Positions 37,714-49,489 of a DNA stretch of 64,000 bases are shown here, in pieces. Position numbers and translations under genes: made by a program. The DNA is taken from the NCBI GenBank assembly GCA_030390025.1, contig CM059432.1, positions 101,496,001 through 101,560,000 on the forward strand. Direction: 5' to 3'. Source of the DNA: Squalus acanthias (Eukaryota). The notes beneath the pieces were generated by a model that saw nothing but the letters and a program-made list of their open reading frames with translations, was not told the DNA's origin and did not search any database. The stretch's first letter is position 1. Each line of letters begins with the position of its first letter.

Positions 37714-38955
37714 GGCCTCTTACACTGTTCCAACGAAGCTCAATGTAAGCTCGAGGAACAGCACCTCATCTTTCGATTAGACACTTTACAGCCTTCTGGA
37801 CTCAACATCGAGTTCAACAATTTCAGACCATAACCTCGGCCTCTATTTTTTCAGATGGCAGCTGCTGATGATTCAGCCATCCCCATTTACACCTCTTCTA
37901 GACTCATCTTTTGTTTCTTTACTTGTCCCATTACCATATCCTTTTGCTTTGTACAATCATACCTTTTGTCATTTAATCACTCCTGCCTTCCACCCTATCA
38001 CAGACCTTCCTTTTGTTCTTTCCTCCCTTCTCCCCTTTCCCTGCACCTGTACTTGCTTAAAATCTGTTACAGCTTTAACATTTTCCAGTTCAGAGGAAAG
38101 GTCATCGACCTGAAATGTTGGGCTGGATTTTCATTGACCCGTGGAGGCGGGTTTGGAGGCGTGTGGGGGGTTAAAATTGCGAAAACTGGCGGGCGGGCAC
38201 AAGTCCGCCTCCATCCCGCCTCCACGCAATTTTCATTAAATCGTGTCTGCTGGTCCTGACTCCGTCCTGCCTTTAAGAGGTGGGATAGGCTGTTAAGGCC
38301 TTTAACAAGCATTAAATTGGCTCTATAATGCCAGTTTGAAAGGCCTTTGTGATTTTAACCCTTGATCTACGTGAAGCACGCCTGTTCTGAACCACGATTG
38401 TGAAACCTGGTGGGAGCACAAGTGGCTAGCTGACTATCAGCTGCAGGTCCACTATTACAACGGAGATGTGATGAAGGTAGTAGTAGTATTAGGTCTGAAA
38501 GTCGCCTCTGATGCTGCTGCATTGAATGTCTTCAGAGACTGCCTGGCCTTTGCTGTGAGAGGACCTGGATGCAAAAAAACTCTCTCTCTCTCTCTCTCTC
38601 CTCCCTTGGAAATGCTGCTCATTTTGCCTCTCACAGCAAAGGCCAGGCAGTCTCTGACCTGCAATGCAGCAGCAATGATGACATCATCAGAGGCGACTTT
38701 CAGACTGAAACCACTAATTGGTTCATGGGTTCCCACATGTTGGAACTCAATTGCCCAATTTGGTGAAAATTGCATCAAACTCCCACATCCAATTGCAGTC
38801 GGGTGGATAACACGACCCCAACTCGCCCCAGTATCAAAATCCAGCCTGTTAACTCTGTTTCTCTCTTCACAGATGCTGCCTGACCTGCTGAGTATTTCCA
38901 GCCTTTTCTGTTTTTATTTCAGATTTCCAGCATCCACAGTATTTTGCTTTTGTGT
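37714..38955 (+). mobile_element. Penelope-like retroelement 3' fragment, split by a Harbinger MITE
   Basis: 37714-37833 translates GLLHCSNEAQCKLEEQHLIFRLDTLQPSGLNIEFNNFRP*, matching the GIY-YIG endonuclease C-terminus. It is followed by the terminal repeat ...AGATGCTGCCTGACCTGCTGAG. Confidence 0.8.
38120..38847. mobile_element. Harbinger-type MITE with a long internal inverted repeat
   Basis: GGGCTGGATTTT / AAAATCCAGCCT with TSD GTT. Confidence 0.85.
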
Positions 38956-39639
38956 TGTTGTAGTAGTTATAAGGTTAAGCATAGACTAAAATTGTTAACT
39001 AATCCAAGGGACACTACCTGATGCTAAGGCAGGAGGAAAATCTCATCTATGAGGCAGCAGACCATTGCTCAATAGTGCACATGTGGGGAATTTTTCTGTG
39101 GTGTTTTTTCTTGCCAATTTTTTCCCCATCCCCTCTTCCAAAGGTTTTTACTGTTCTGGGGTAGGGTTCCACATACGAAAGTCACCCTGCAGCACCTGGC
39201 TGAAGTGGGCATTACTCGTGCAAGACTCTTGACACTGAGTGTTGACTAGGTATTCAACCATGAGACATCACAGCTGAGCCAAATGAACACCTTCAGCAGA
39301 AGCCACAGAACAGCACACAGGTTCGGCAATTTTCCCTTTCCTCACTCAGAGCCAATGATGCCAATTGAACTACCCAACCAACCAATTCAGCACAGACCAG
39401 GGATCAAATCTTGGACCTTCTTGGTCTGTATGGCTCAGCTTCTCGCTGAACTATTCAGAGAGGCTCATAGTCTAGAGCTTGCTTGGCAACATTTTGGGAT
39501 GAAGGTGAGCTTTGCTTCAGGAACCTGAATTAATATAGTTGATTTATAATAGTGTGGATTATATGCACCGTTGGGGAAACAGGCTTGGCGGGCTGAATTG
39601 CCCTTTCTCATCGACATGTGTAGGAAAGGGAAAATTGCC

Positions 39640-40075
39640 TACGAACAATGACAGACCGGTAAAGACCCACTGGTCCATCAAGCCTATCCCAAACAGTTGT
39701 GATGTGTATAACAATATATACACTCTCACCCCACCCAAAACCATGTGAACCTGGGAGAGGCAAAAAAAAAAAGGATTAAAAAAACCCAGGCCAATTTGGG
39801 TAAAAAATCTGGGAAATTCCTCTCCGACCCAACTAGGCAATCAAAACTAGTCCAGAAGATCACTCTGGCCCTGAATTCCCTGCAGTACCTACCTTCTGAA
39901 AGAGATGATCTCCGCACCCGCCAGAAACAGGTCCAGCTCTCGCTTGAAGGAATTCAGCGAATCAGCATCCATCGCACGAAATGGCAGCCTGTTTCAGAGG
40001 TCCACTGTTCTCTGGGAAAAGAACCACCTCCTGACATCTAACCAAGAACTAGCTTTATACAACTTAAATTTGTCA
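39640..40075 (-). mobile_element. Probable CR1-like LINE 3' end; related fragment at ~29690-29850
   Basis: CTGGTCCATCAAGCCT...CTGGGAGAGG shared between both sites. The minus strand resembles the FF.QR.V..WN ORF2 end. Confidence 0.5.
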
Positions 40076-41207
40076 TGTGTGACAAAGTGCATTGCCTTGA
40101 AGTATGGTGTACAGATCTCAAAACTCTATCTACACCAGCTGACCTCCGGTCCTGTTGCTCACGGTGCATTGTACGATATACAATCTTCTAAGGACAGAAT
40201 ATATTCTTCTCGTGCTATTTTACTGCAGCTGTTGGGCATAAAGTGAATGATGCTTATAATAAATAAATGAATGTAAAATTTATTACGTTAGATCTGGAAG
40301 TTATTTAGAAATTGAAATTAAATAGATGTAATTCATTGAAAAAATTGATTACATTGTATACAAAAAGGTTTCTCTATGATTTTAGAGCTTTCTCAATAAA
40401 GGGAATTATTATTTCAAATGAATTGGCAAAGAATTCCCCTCACTGAAATTTACAAGTGTACTTTCCCAGGTTTGAACTTGGAACCCTTTATTTTAAAGCA
40501 TTTTTACTATCTTAATGTTGGAGGAGGGATGGTGTGGCCAACTGTGTCAAAGGTTGCAGACAGGTCGAGAAGGATGAGGAGGGATAGTGCACCACGGTCA
40601 CTTCATTAGTTGCGAGGTGCTTTGGGCTGTCCTAAAAGATGCTATGTAAATACAAATTCTTTTTTTAAATCAGCAATTTTTGTTAAAGTGACTGCATTCT
40701 GCCTCAATCAGCCTGCTTATGAATAAAGGAGGTTTCTAGCTAGTTACGCCAACAACTGCCTGTACTGTTAACATGTGCTCTGCTCACGAGCAATGTAATC
40801 CAAACTCTCATTTTCAACAGTGCCGTTGAATTGAGGGCTTGCCAATTGTATAGCCAGCTGTGAGTCACCAGTTGGAAACTTGCTTCAGTGTTAGGCTGGC
40901 TGAGAGAGCAGAAGGCATGCATTGCAAACCATACTGCTGATTAAAACTGAAGTGCTGGCTTGAGGAAAAAAATGACTGGGAATCTAAGAAAAGTAAGTCC
41001 CACAGTGTGAGATTTTAGTCATTTACCCTACAATTGCGCTTGCTTTTCAGTAATTTTTGCTGCATCAAAGCACTTACCCAAATTATAATTGATCTTACCA
41101 GAAGAAATGTCTCCCTGTTTATTTGTTGCTTTCTTTGATCCATCTGTTTTATGCTCGTCTCTCTTTCTAGTTCTCTTTCTCTCTTTTGATCTGGTTCTCT
41201 AGATTTA

Positions 41208-41214
41208 TGTGTGT

Positions 41215-41245
<31 letters not shown>
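41208..41245. repeat. (GT)n(CT)n microsatellite
   Basis: Direct dinucleotide runs. Confidence 0.9.
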
Positions 41246-41248
<3 letters not shown>

Positions 41249-41849
41249 CACCCACTCCCCGCCCACCCAATCGCTCCTTCTGGATGCCTGTCTCTAGACT
41301 TATCTCTCAGTCTATTTCACTCTCTGTTTCTCTGACCCCCATTAAAACTTATTTCAAAAAGCTCCAGCGTTCCTGGTTTACATGTTTTGAAGTTTTTAGG
41401 ATAAACAAACTCAACTAGTGCTTTCAATCATTTTAATCAGTTTAATCATTTTCTATTAATTTTTTTACTTCTTTTTATGTTTGTGACAAACTTTATCTCT
41501 GGTCATCAATTTCTCAGTTTACGAGAGAACATAACATTAAAAAATATTTTGACTGGATTCATATTTCACCTCTTCTTTTGCTGGTGGCTGATGCAAACTG
41601 TTCATTTTTAATTCACGAGTGGTGATTTTCATTCCTGTTTGCTCCTTGCTAATCGCTACATTGCCAGTCTATTTCATTGTGATTTGGCAGTGTTACACAA
41701 ATATGAAATTTGAGCCAATGACGTATAAGTCTGTCATACAAGGAAGTGTAAGATCCAAATGTGTTGGTCAAAATGTACACAAACGCATCATTTTCATATA
41801 TATGTCAGATTACCTGTGGCATTGCTCATGACAAATGCTGCTTTATAAG

Positions 41850-42070
41850 GATAGAAACATAGAAGAAACAAAGAAAAATAGGAGCAGGAGGAGGCCATTC
41901 GGCCCTTCGAGCCTGCTCCGCCATTCAATATGATCATGGCTGATCCTCTATCTCAATACCATATTCCCACTCTCTCCCCTTGATGCCTTTTGTGTCTAGA
42001 AATCTATCTGTCTCCTTCTTAAATATATTCAGTGACTTGGCCTCCACAGCCTTCTGTGGCAGAGAATTTT
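41850..42070 (-). mobile_element. CR1 3' tail fragment
   Basis: AGGAGCAGGAGGAGGCCATTCGGCCCTTCGAGCCTGCTCCGCCATTCAAT...ATGGCTGATC. Confidence 0.85.
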
Positions 42071-42324
42071 ATTACATCATATAAGCACGATATCATATAA
42101 TGCATAAAGTTCTTTTATGCCACAAAGTGTAATCCTTGTTAAGTGCGCAAAGGCTCAAACCAGTCTGAATTTAATTATTTGATGAGAGAAGTGTGCTGGT
42201 TGAGGTCAATCAGAGTTTAATTGCTCTTTAAATTGCAAATCAAAATTTAGGATGGAATGCCTAGCTTTTTGAAAAAAAATCTGATTACTCAGGTTAATTT
42301 TAAGTGATTAGCTATAGACATTTA

Positions 42325-43241
42325 GGCCTGAATTTTAATCGGGAGGTGGGTTGGGAGCGGGGGTGGGTGGGCTGGACAGCTCGGAAGTGGTCAGCAAACC
42401 CGGGAGGTCGGGTTTCCCGCAGGCCCTGCTGAATTTAACGGCAGGGCCCGATTTGCATTGGAAACCTCTGTTTCCCCCCCACAGCCACAGATTGAGAGGC
42501 CGGCTGGCTGTGGGCGGGTAGGCCTGTGGCACCAGGCCGCAGAGAGGAGGAAGGGAGGGAGGGAGGGAGGGCAGGATCGCGTGGGGTCCAGAGGAGCACG
42601 GGGAAGGCTGGAGGAGCGGGGGGGGGGGGGGAGAGGAGTGTGGTCAAGAGCAGTGGGAGAACCAAAGGAGCAGGGGGGTGGTCGGGACTGATCAGGAGGC
42701 TGGAGGAGCGGTGGGGCGGGGGGGCCGTCCAGATCAATCAGAGGGCCGGAGGAGCAGGGTGGGGGCGCCGGATGAATTGGAAGGCCGGAGGAGCAATGTT
42801 GGAGGGGTGTTTGTGTTAGCATGAGGGGGCTGGAAGCGGCTGATCGAGGGGCTGGTGCAGCATGGGGGAGGAGCCCACATGGGGGGTCTCTGATCGCGGG
42901 GGCTGGGTTAGGCAGAGATGCTGGATCCAGGAGATAAGTGTAAAGGCACTTACCTCCTGGATCCAGCAGTCCGCGCCTTACTTTGGCTGGCGGGTCTCAC
43001 GAGGCCTGCAAAACCCGACCAGATACAGTTAAATTTAAATTGGAGATTAAATCTGAGGCATGCTAGCCTGATTATAATATTTAAATGGCAACCCGCCTCC
43101 TGGCAGTGGGTTGCCTACCCTCTCCCCGGCCCGCCTCCGCTAAAACCGGAAGTGGGCGGGTTGGGGTCGAGATTCAGACTGTTAACACTTTAACTTCCAC
43201 TTGACACCAACCCACCTGTTTTTTGGGTTAAAACTCCCCGC
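42325..43241. mobile_element. Harbinger-type MITE with G-rich internal tandem repeats
   Basis: GGCCTGAATTTTAA / TTAAAACTCCCCGC with TSD TTA; repeated GGCTGGAGGAGC units. Confidence 0.7.
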
Positions 43242-43550
43242 TTAGACTCTGATGTTAATCAGATAAGTTCTGTTCGGGAGAGTTTCTCTGACTGACTTTC
43301 TCTTTGAAAATGAGATTATTGGAGGAAATTTGCATAACAGCTGATCAGATGCAAGGAATTTACTGAAAATAAATAAACCTATAATTAAGTGTGACAGAGA
43401 AGTGTGACACAATTACTGTACTGCGACAAAAGGAAATGCAGGGACATGTACTCTTCAAGAAAGAGAGAGAGAAAGAGAGAAAAAGACAAACAAATAATAA
43501 TTATAACAGAAAATTAATCATGAATATACAACAGGGGTAAAGAAGATTAA

Positions 43551-44376
43551 GGGCACAATTTTCACCGGCCCGTGGAGGCGGGTTTGGAGGCGTGTGGGGT
43601 GGGAAAATAGCAGATTCGGGGGTCCCGAACCCATCCCACCCCCAACCCGCCTCCATGCCAGTTTCCCAGGAGGCGGGTACCTGACCTGTGCTGGGACCCG
43701 CCTCCCCGAGGCGGGAAGGGGATTAGTGCCAATAAACGGCCTGTTAACAGGCAGTTTTTTGCCTAATCCCTATTTTTAGCCCTGAAGTGTGGGCTTCCCG
43801 ACAGGTCCGAACCACGCCGATTTAGCGAGGCGGACCGTCGGTCTGGAGGGCTTGGAGGGGTCGAGATGTCCGGTGTGCAGGTGAGTGATGGGTGCATGAG
43901 GTAAGTGTGTTTGGTGTGTGTAAAGTGTTTTAAGAACTTGTACTTACCTTAACTTTGTCCTGCAGGCTTCCTTCCTTCAGTTCTCGGGAGTCCCTCAGCT
44001 CACCGGCACAGAAAGCAGAATGGCAGCGGAGCTGTCAAAAGCTGCAGTCTCTGCTTTCTGTGCTGGATTGATTTCTAACTGAGTCTAAGTACAGGGACTC
44101 ACGTTAGAAATCATATTGTCAGTGTTTGACAGCTTCACAGAGCTGTCAAACGCTGAAATTTCATCTGTCAAAAGCTCTTGACAGATGAAATTTTAATGGC
44201 TGACGTCACCTGTATCCAAGGGACCCTTGATTGGCCTGCTAAGTCCGCTGGGCGGGCTTAACAAGGTCAATCAAGGGAAAATACAGTGGGTTGGCCACAA
44301 GTTGATGGAGGCGGGACTACAACCCAAAAAGTGGGAGTCCCGCCTCCATCACGTCCCCATTGACAAAATCCAGCCC
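43551..44376 (-). mobile_element. Harbinger non-autonomous derivative (subfamily B, inverted)
   Basis: GGGCACAATTTT / AAAATCCAGCCC with TSD TAA. Reverse-complement homologue of 53345-54181. Confidence 0.9.
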
Positions 44377-45198
44377 TAACTGTCCAATCTATAAAAAGAT
44401 ATTCAACAAGTGTGCATGAAGAATAATGGAAGTGATAGAAGCTTTAGTGCACGTATCATGATTTAACAGAGACAGGTTGTTGTGTCTCAACAAGAGGCAG
44501 ATCCTTTCAGAAAACATGTCAGGGTTTAGCAATCTTTCTTCTTCAAGATTTAAAAAATAAATGCCCTTAAAAAGCTAGGTATTGCAATGTCGTATCTTCT
44601 AAATTCATTGCTCAAAGGTGACATCTAGGCTTATGAAAGCAAGTCTTAGCAGCACCTTGCCAAGTACATAAGACATTTTACATTTTGATAAGACGTCCAG
44701 TGGGACAAACCCGAGTTTAGAATCCAGAATGCATACACAGGCTGGGTCACTCGGCATAATAATGCTTGCATTTATATAATACGCAGGAGAGAATAAACAA
44801 TATATGACACAGAATTATACATAATCATCTGTCATTGCACTTCAGAACCAATTATCCTTCAAACATACCCACAACAGAATCCCTTCTCTCCTCTCCAACA
44901 TACCAATGCCAAGAAATGGCTTCAATCAGCTATATCTGATTTGAGATCTTTCAGCAGAAGCAGCAGCCTAGGAATCCTGGTTGACAGTCTCAGAGATTTA
45001 CAAATACATATTCATTTCCATGGAGAGCAATCCAGGGCAATATAAATTTCCCAGACTTCTCCAGAGCCTGTGGGAACCGTTTCTAAGTGACCTTGAATAA
45101 TATTATAATTCAGTTGCGTAAATATTAGCTGCTAGAAATGTGCTCTCGGTTCACCAGTGAAGTCCCCAGTTCAGAATTAAAAGTGATATCAACTGTGA

Positions 45199-45923
45199 GG
45201 GGGAGAATTTCCCTTAGAGGGCCATTTGGGGCACCAAGTCGAAAATGTTTGAAAAGTTTGCGCCAGGCGTTAACCTTTTCAAACATTTGAGAAATTCCCA
45301 TTTTTTGCTCCAAGAGGGAAGTGGAGCGCTAAACCAAGCGCTCCACTTGCCTCTTGGAGCGCAAGAGGCGGGGAATGTCCTGATCCGGGGCGAAGTGCTC
45401 AGCAGCACCACGCATGGCGCTGCCGCGTTGCTGGGGCTCTTCCCTCAATTAAAGGGAAGGGCTCCCCGCTGCGAGCTCTGCGGTTTTTTTCGGCATCTGC
45501 TGGAGCACCGGGGGTGCGGGAGTGCTGCACGATCAGCGATCACTCAAGCTGAGTGCCGAGCTGACTGTTGGTGGCACTCAGCCCCTGTCCGGTGCTCAGA
45601 ATTTTTAAAATTTAAATCGGCAATATTTTTCATGTCGGCCAGCCACCGTGCCTTTAAGTTGCACCTCGCGAGCGGCCGGCCGGCCTCACTTTTCGCGACC
45701 CCTGCAGTAGTTAGTAGGGGGAATTTTTCTCCCGAGGCGCTGCGCCCGGAGATGACCTCATGATCTCCGGGCGCAGAAGATCGAGGTGATACCCAGTAGT
45801 GTCGCCGCTAACCTCCCGTGGAATTTCGCGGGAGGCGTGGTTATTGCCTCGGGCGGCCGCAAAGCCATTTGCGTCCCGTTAGCGCCTCCCACTGGAGGTA
45901 CAAACAAGAGGAATTTCGCCCCC
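45199..45923. mobile_element. CpG-rich Harbinger-type MITE
   Basis: GGGGGAGAATTTCC / GGAATTTCGCCCCC; flanks TGAG and (C)GAG. Confidence 0.75.
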
Positions 45924-45979
45924 GAGTGTTTTAAAAATTCTTTAGAATTAATTTGTTCTTTATTTATTCAATGTAGCCA

Positions 45980-47180
45980 GAGGTAACGATTTTTGCCGAA
46001 TACTATCGGCGGTAAAGAGGTGGCCAAGATGGGGTCTTAAGTTGAAATGGTGGTTTAGCCTGTGTTTAGTGGAAGTCGCAATCTTGGTAAAGGAGTTGAA
46101 GCCAGCGCTAGGAACGGCCACGTTAAACAGCTGACTGCCATTTAAAATGCCTGCTAGCGGTCATTAAAGATGCTGCATAGCATTTTGTTGACTAGCGCTT
46201 CAACTAACGCCCTCTCCTAACAGAGATCAGCTGTTTGTTAGTAAACACCGCAATGATGTTGATTTCAAGCACCACTTAAAGGGATACTCACCACTTAAAG
46301 GGATTCTCACCAGTTCATGGTCATTGCTGCTGGACCTGTGAAAAGGACCTCTGAAACACATCGGGAAACTTTCTGGGACACTTTGTCAGGACTTCACCAA
46401 CACTCGAGCAACATTTATTCTGGAAATTCTCTGAGGGCTTCACCTTAAACGAGTAAGTGCTGTGCTGCTCCACCTTCTAGGAGTCACCAGGAGAAAAGGA
46501 ATGCTTGGGCATGGGCATCTTGCTCGGGGTCCCCCTTGGTCTGGATGAGGAATTGTAGGAGGAGATAAGGCTAGGCAGAGTAGCACCAGCTGCTGCAGGA
46601 GACAGCGACAGGAAGGTGAGGTGGCCCCCGCTATGTTTGCCTTGGCTGAGTTTCAGCTGTCCCGAGGGGCGGAGGGGGTGCAGGATGGGGGTTGCTAATT
46701 AGGAGCCTAATACTTGTTTTAGAGCCCCTCCGAGAAGTTGGGCCACCTCGAGCAGAGCAGGCAATGGGCCTGCTCTGTTCAGGTTTTCCAAATGTGGATG
46801 TAAACAGCTGTCACCAAAAAGGTACATCAAATTATTTCTTTTCAAAAACTTTGATGTCGAGCCAGGAGGAGCAGGAGTGCTCCTCCCAGCTCCACAGCAC
46901 TCCCAAGGGCAGCTGCCAACCTGCGATTGGCCCCTCTCCCCTTCTCACCCGCCCCCACGAGACTTACCGCTGCCGCAGAGACAAGCAGCCTGAAATACAT
47001 CCGCTGCAATGGGCGAGCTGCCTGTGTTGACACGACAGGTGCTGTCAGCTTGCCTAAATTATTCAATTGAGGCCTGAGGCTCAATTTTCAGCTGGCCTCG
47101 GGACTGCGGGTTGGGCTGTAGGTTAGTTGTGTAGTGCCCATTCTGTATCCGAAAGCAGGCCCAGATGAATTTCTACTCGA
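45980..47180. mobile_element. Old GC-rich transposon remnant, probably Harbinger-type
   Basis: Ends in GAATTTCTACTC. Shares CCAGGAGGAGCAGGAGTGCTCCT with ~16150. Confidence 0.35.
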
Positions 47181-47288
47181 GAGTGTGTAGAATGTGTATA
47201 ACTGCTGCACTCTGATTTTCATACATAAATTTCTGTGCCACTGTGGTTATCACCTCATTTTGTCATGAGAATGCCTTAAGAACACATC

Positions 47289-49489
47289 GGCCTAGAAATT
47301 GGACATCATCAAAAACCGGCCAAAGTATATGCGGCCTCAGGTTTACGGCCGCTGAAAATGGCCGCAGTGCTAACTTACAGTGTAATGCCCTCCTGGTGGC
47401 GCTCATGGAAGCATACCACCCGAAGTTCGCGTCCAGGAGCGGCGTTCCAGCTTCTTACAGCCTCTGGGAGCGAGGCTGTGGTGTTCGTAAGGAATTGTGG
47501 GTAATTAAAAGTACTAGGAATTAAAGGGGCGATGGGTTCAGAACTAATAAAAATTAAAACGTGAAAAAAAATGCAGTTTTCAGCCCTTACTGCCTTTCAA
47601 AAAAAAATTAGCATTAAAACGTCCAAAATGGGAGTCTTCAGCACTTAAAGCTGAATTTCCTTCCAAACCTCAAAAAATGGGAAGTGCTTCAGCACTAACA
47701 CAAATGGCTCAACAAGCCAGAGAAGGGGCACCCAGGGTCTCACACGCAGCACTCCAGCTTTGAGGAGTGGGGTCAACACTGCAAGAGAGGTCCTCTACCC
47801 ACAGGGGCCTGGAGGCCCTCCAGAAAGAAGGATGTCCGACTACATCACCGAGGCCGTCACTGCCAGCAGTGTCACCCCCACCACCTGGCTCCAGTGCCCA
47901 AAGAAGCTTCATGACCTCAGACCACTGGTCAAGGTCAGTGAATGCATCTTCAAAAGCCATCTCCTACCAACTGCATCACTAGCCTCACACACTGCTCAAT
48001 GCACGACTCCCCTGCCTCCCCCAGTCACTCACCTACAAACAATCTGTACCAATCACGAGGCACATCTCCCATTCCTAGCCTCACCTCACCCCCTTGAAGG
48101 AGACGGTGCTGGCCATTCTTGGCAGGGGCATGGCTGAACCCTTGGCCTGTGGCGGGGCTGAAAGAATACAAGATGCTGGTATCCTCATACGTTATCCTCC
48201 TACTCACATGCACTTCTTGCTTTCCCGCCCTCCCCTCACCACAACTCCACCCTCGTGCCTTCCTCATTTCACACCCAAGAAGTGCAGCTTGCCCAGCCAG
48301 TGGTTGGCCAAGAAGAGGGAGAGGAGCGTGAAGAAGAAGAAGAAGAAACACCGTCACTAGATTTGACACTCCCAGCCACCAGCTCCTCAAGGCCGACCAG
48401 CAAGGCGATTTGCAGTTTCCCCCACTGAAAGTCAGCAGCCTTCCACCAGCCATGCTGGGGTAGCACTGCATGACATCAGTAGGATAGGTAAAGACACACA
48501 TAAGACAGCCACTAAAGGAATGCATAAGGGTGATGAGTTGATTTCTTGATGTCATATTGGATGGATAGATGTATATAGTTGGATTGGAAAGTTTGCTTTG
48601 TGGTGGCTTTTATTTCAGCATTGTGGCCAAGAGGATGCTGTGATGGTCAGTAACAGAGGGAAGGTAAGGTGTGGGGCAAATGTTGAAAGGGGAATTGGGG
48701 TTGTGGTCACTGGGACCACAGGCGGATTATTCCATCCCGGATATAAGGCCAGAAAGGGGCTGTCTGGGTTGCATCCTTCCTTCTGCTTCCTCCACTTCTG
48801 GTTCTTCCTCTTCTGCTTCCTCCTATTTGGCTTTTTCCTCTTCTGTGTCTTCCTCTTTTGTGTTTTCCTCTTCCTTCTGCGAGCAGATGCTTTACATCTG
48901 AAATGACAGCATAAAATGCTGGAAACACTCAGCAGGCCAGCCAACATCTCGACCTGAGACGTGAACTCTGTTTCTCTCTCCACGGATGTTGCCTGACCTG
49001 CTGAGTATTTGCAGCATGTTCTGTCTTTTTTTTACCTTCTGAGGGCTTGCAAGCGTCCAGCAGCACTCCCTACACACTTAAAAAACCTTTAGTATCTATT
49101 ACAGCAAGCCACTACTTCAGTAAAAACATAAAAACCTAGTCCTAAAGCTTAAATGCAAACTTACCTGAAAGATGTGTGTGTCCCTTTAAGAGGTGCTGAC
49201 AGCGCCTTTGTGAGTCTGCTTGTATGCCGGGTTTACCTGGCATGCTTAGGACGCAGTGCTGAACTCAGCACGAGGGTCGAAGTTCGCCGTGGTGACGTTA
49301 AGTCTGCCTGCCGTCACCACCCCACCATTTTTCTTTTCAGGACGATACCCCTTAATGGCAGCGCTACTGGGCTCACGAAAATGGAAGATGCCGCAGGACC
49401 CCCCACCAGCTGGCAGAAGAGCAGAGGCCGTTGCTTTCTCAACATTACACCGTGCTAACAGGTGGCGATAAGTTAGGGAATTTCTCTCC
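47289..49489 (+). mobile_element. Second Harbinger family, internally deleted
   Basis: GGCCTAGAAATT / AATTTCTCTCC with TSD ATC. Degenerate Myb exon 47704-47933 (MAQQAREGAPR...REVLYP...TWLQCPKKLHDL then GT). Acidic transposase-like tail on the minus strand at ~48700-48890. Confidence 0.7.
48900..49030. mobile_element. Penelope terminal-repeat fragments in inverted arrangement
   Basis: ATGCTGGAAACACTCAGCAGGCCAGCCAACATC followed by GATGTTGCCTGACCTGCTGAGTATTTGCAGCAT. Confidence 0.65.

Noticed and set aside
42391..42822. Pro-rich or Gly-rich ORFs
   Set aside because: Low-complexity G-rich interior of a MITE.
45199..45923. Host CpG-island promoter
   Set aside because: CpG richness is bounded exactly by inverted termini, which is better explained by a young MITE.
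48598..48983. Lys/Arg-rich and Phe-rich ORFs
   Set aside because: Alternative frames of a purine-rich acidic-tract repeat.
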